From the NCBI RefSeq assembly GCF_008065095.1, contig NZ_CP042911.1, forward strand, positions 1,920,001 to 1,952,000: a DNA stretch of 32,000 bases, read 5' to 3'. The notes under the pieces are model-generated. The model was not told the DNA's origin, searched no databases, and worked only from the letters and a program-made list of their open reading frames with translations. The number at the start of each line of letters is the position of its first letter. The stretch's first letter is position 1. This DNA comes from Gemmata obscuriglobus. GTDB taxonomy: Bacteria; Planctomycetota; Planctomycetia; Gemmatales; Gemmataceae. Made by a program: the position numbers and the translations under genes. Positions 30,950-32,000 of the stretch are shown one piece after another.

Positions 30950-32000
30950 ATGTCAGCCCCCGAGTGCGTCGTGGTCGGGTCCGGGCCGAACGGGTTGGCC
31001 GCGGCGGTCGCGCTCGCCCGGCAGGGTCGCTCGGTACTCGTCGTGGAAGGCGCGGACACGATCGGCGGCGGCACGCGGTCGGCCGCGCTCACGCTGCCCG
31101 GGTTCGTTCACGACATCTGCTCTGCCGTTCACCCGATGGCGGTCGTGTCCCCGTTCCTTCAGTCGCTGCCCCTTCACGAACACGGGCTGGAGTGGGTTCA
31201 CCCGGAAACGCCGTTCGCGCACCCGCTCGACAACGGAAGAGCGGCGGCCCTGGAGCGGTCCGTGGACGCAACGGCCGAAGGGGTAGGTGAGGACGCCCGC
31301 GCGTACCGGAAGCTGATGCAACCGCTCGCGGCCGGCGCAGCCAACCTGTTCGGGGACATGCTCGGCCCGTTCCGCATCCCCCGGCACCCGATCCTGGGAA
31401 TGCGGTTCGGACTGCGGGCGCTGTACTCCGGCAAGCGGCTGGCGGAAGCGTGGTTCCGAACGGACGGCGCGAAGGCGATCGTGGCGGGGTTGGCGGCGCA
31501 TGCGGTGCTGCCGCTGGAGCAGTCCCCGGGCGGGGCGGTCGCGCTGATGCTCGGGCTCGCGGGCCACGCGGCCGGGTGGCCGTTCCCGAAGGGCGGCGCG
31601 CAGAAGATCGCCGACGCCCTGGCTTCCTATCTGCGTTCACTCGGCGGGCGGATCGAAACCGGGCGGCCGGTGAAGTCGGTAGACGAGTTCGCCGGCGCGA
31701 AAGCGATCCTACTCGATGTCACACCGAAGCAAATTCTCGCCCTGGCGGGCCACAAGCTGCCGGCGCGCTACCGGCGGGCGCTCGAACGGTTCCGGTACGG
31801 CCCCGGGGTGTTCAAGTTAGACTGGGCGTTATCGGCGCCGATCCCGTGGTTGGCCGCCGAGTGCCGCCGCACCGGTACGGTCCACGTCGGCGGGACGCTC
31901 GAAGAAGTTGCCGCCGCGGAGGCCGCCCCCTGGAAGGGGGAGCACGCGGAAAAGCCCTTCGTGCTGGTCGCACAGCCGACGCCGTTCGACCCGACGCGCG
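30950..32000 (+). CDS. NAD(P)/FAD-dependent oxidoreductase, phytoene-desaturase (CrtI-like) family (partial; runs off the window end)
   Basis: ATG at 30950, after GAGGA. It is open to the window end, which is why it is not in the track. Hand translation gives MSAPECVVVGSGPNGLAAAVALARQGRSVLVVEGADTIGGGTRS (GxGxxG dinucleotide fold), then ...GWPFPKGGAQKIADALASYLRSLGGRIETGRPV..., typical of the CrtI-like amine-oxidase superfamily. Confidence 0.85.
   Translation, partial: MSAPECVVVGSGPNGLAAAVALARQGRSVLVVEGADTIGGGTRSAALTLPGFVHDICSAVHPMAVVSPFLQSLPLHEHGLEWVHPETPFAHPLDNGRAAALERSVDATAEGVGEDARAYRKLMQPLAAGAANLFGDMLGPFRIPRHPILGMRFGLRALYSGKRLAEAWFRTDGAKAIVAGLAAHAVLPLEQSPGGAVALMLGLAGHAAGWPFPKGGAQKIADALASYLRSLGGRIETGRPVKSVDEFAGAKAILLDVTPKQILALAGHKLPARYRRALERFRYGPGVFKLDWALSAPIPWLAAECRRTGTVHVGGTLEEVAAAEAAPWKGEHAEKPFVLVAQPTPFDPTR

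Overview
This is a very GC-rich chromosomal segment with strong GC3 bias. The gene families present (DUF1559 pilin-like proteins, DUF1549/DUF1553, DUF1501, PEP-CTERM, planctomycete-type ECF sigma factors, Fae plus methylene-H4MPT dehydrogenase) point to Planctomycetota, probably a Gemmata-like organism; that taxon call is inference. I support about 29 CDS. No rRNA, tRNA, CRISPR array, transposase or integrase is visible. In order, the window holds a two-module secreted amidohydrolase (partial), an ACT-domain protein, fae and an mtd-family gene (H4MPT-linked C1 transfer), a PEP-CTERM protein, and an ASKHA/DUF1464-like protein. Next comes a 1079-aa membrane-tethered ECF sigma factor with an internally duplicated extracytoplasmic region. 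Diverging from it is a 14-gene co-directional array (10.7-24.6 kb): DUF1549/DUF1553, then five DUF1559 genes interleaved with four small lipoprotein genes, then two translationally coupled DUF1501/8xEF-hand pairs. Every product of this array carries an export signal, and none of the families has a defined function. This array is my best candidate for an undescribed envelope system. After it comes a second module: an ECF sigma factor, a 2-TM protein, two standalone GspE/PilB N2-like domain proteins and a polytopic Ser/Thr kinase. The window ends with an EEP-family phosphoesterase, a small Cys/His-rich protein, a secreted Tyr-rich low-complexity peptide with a canonical terminator, and a partial FAD oxidoreductase. 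Intergenic regions hold several families of long palindromic (REP/MITE-like) repeats. Many long ORFs in the track are Arg/Pro/Gly-rich shadow frames of real genes and were discarded. All family assignments come from motif recognition by eye, not from database searches.
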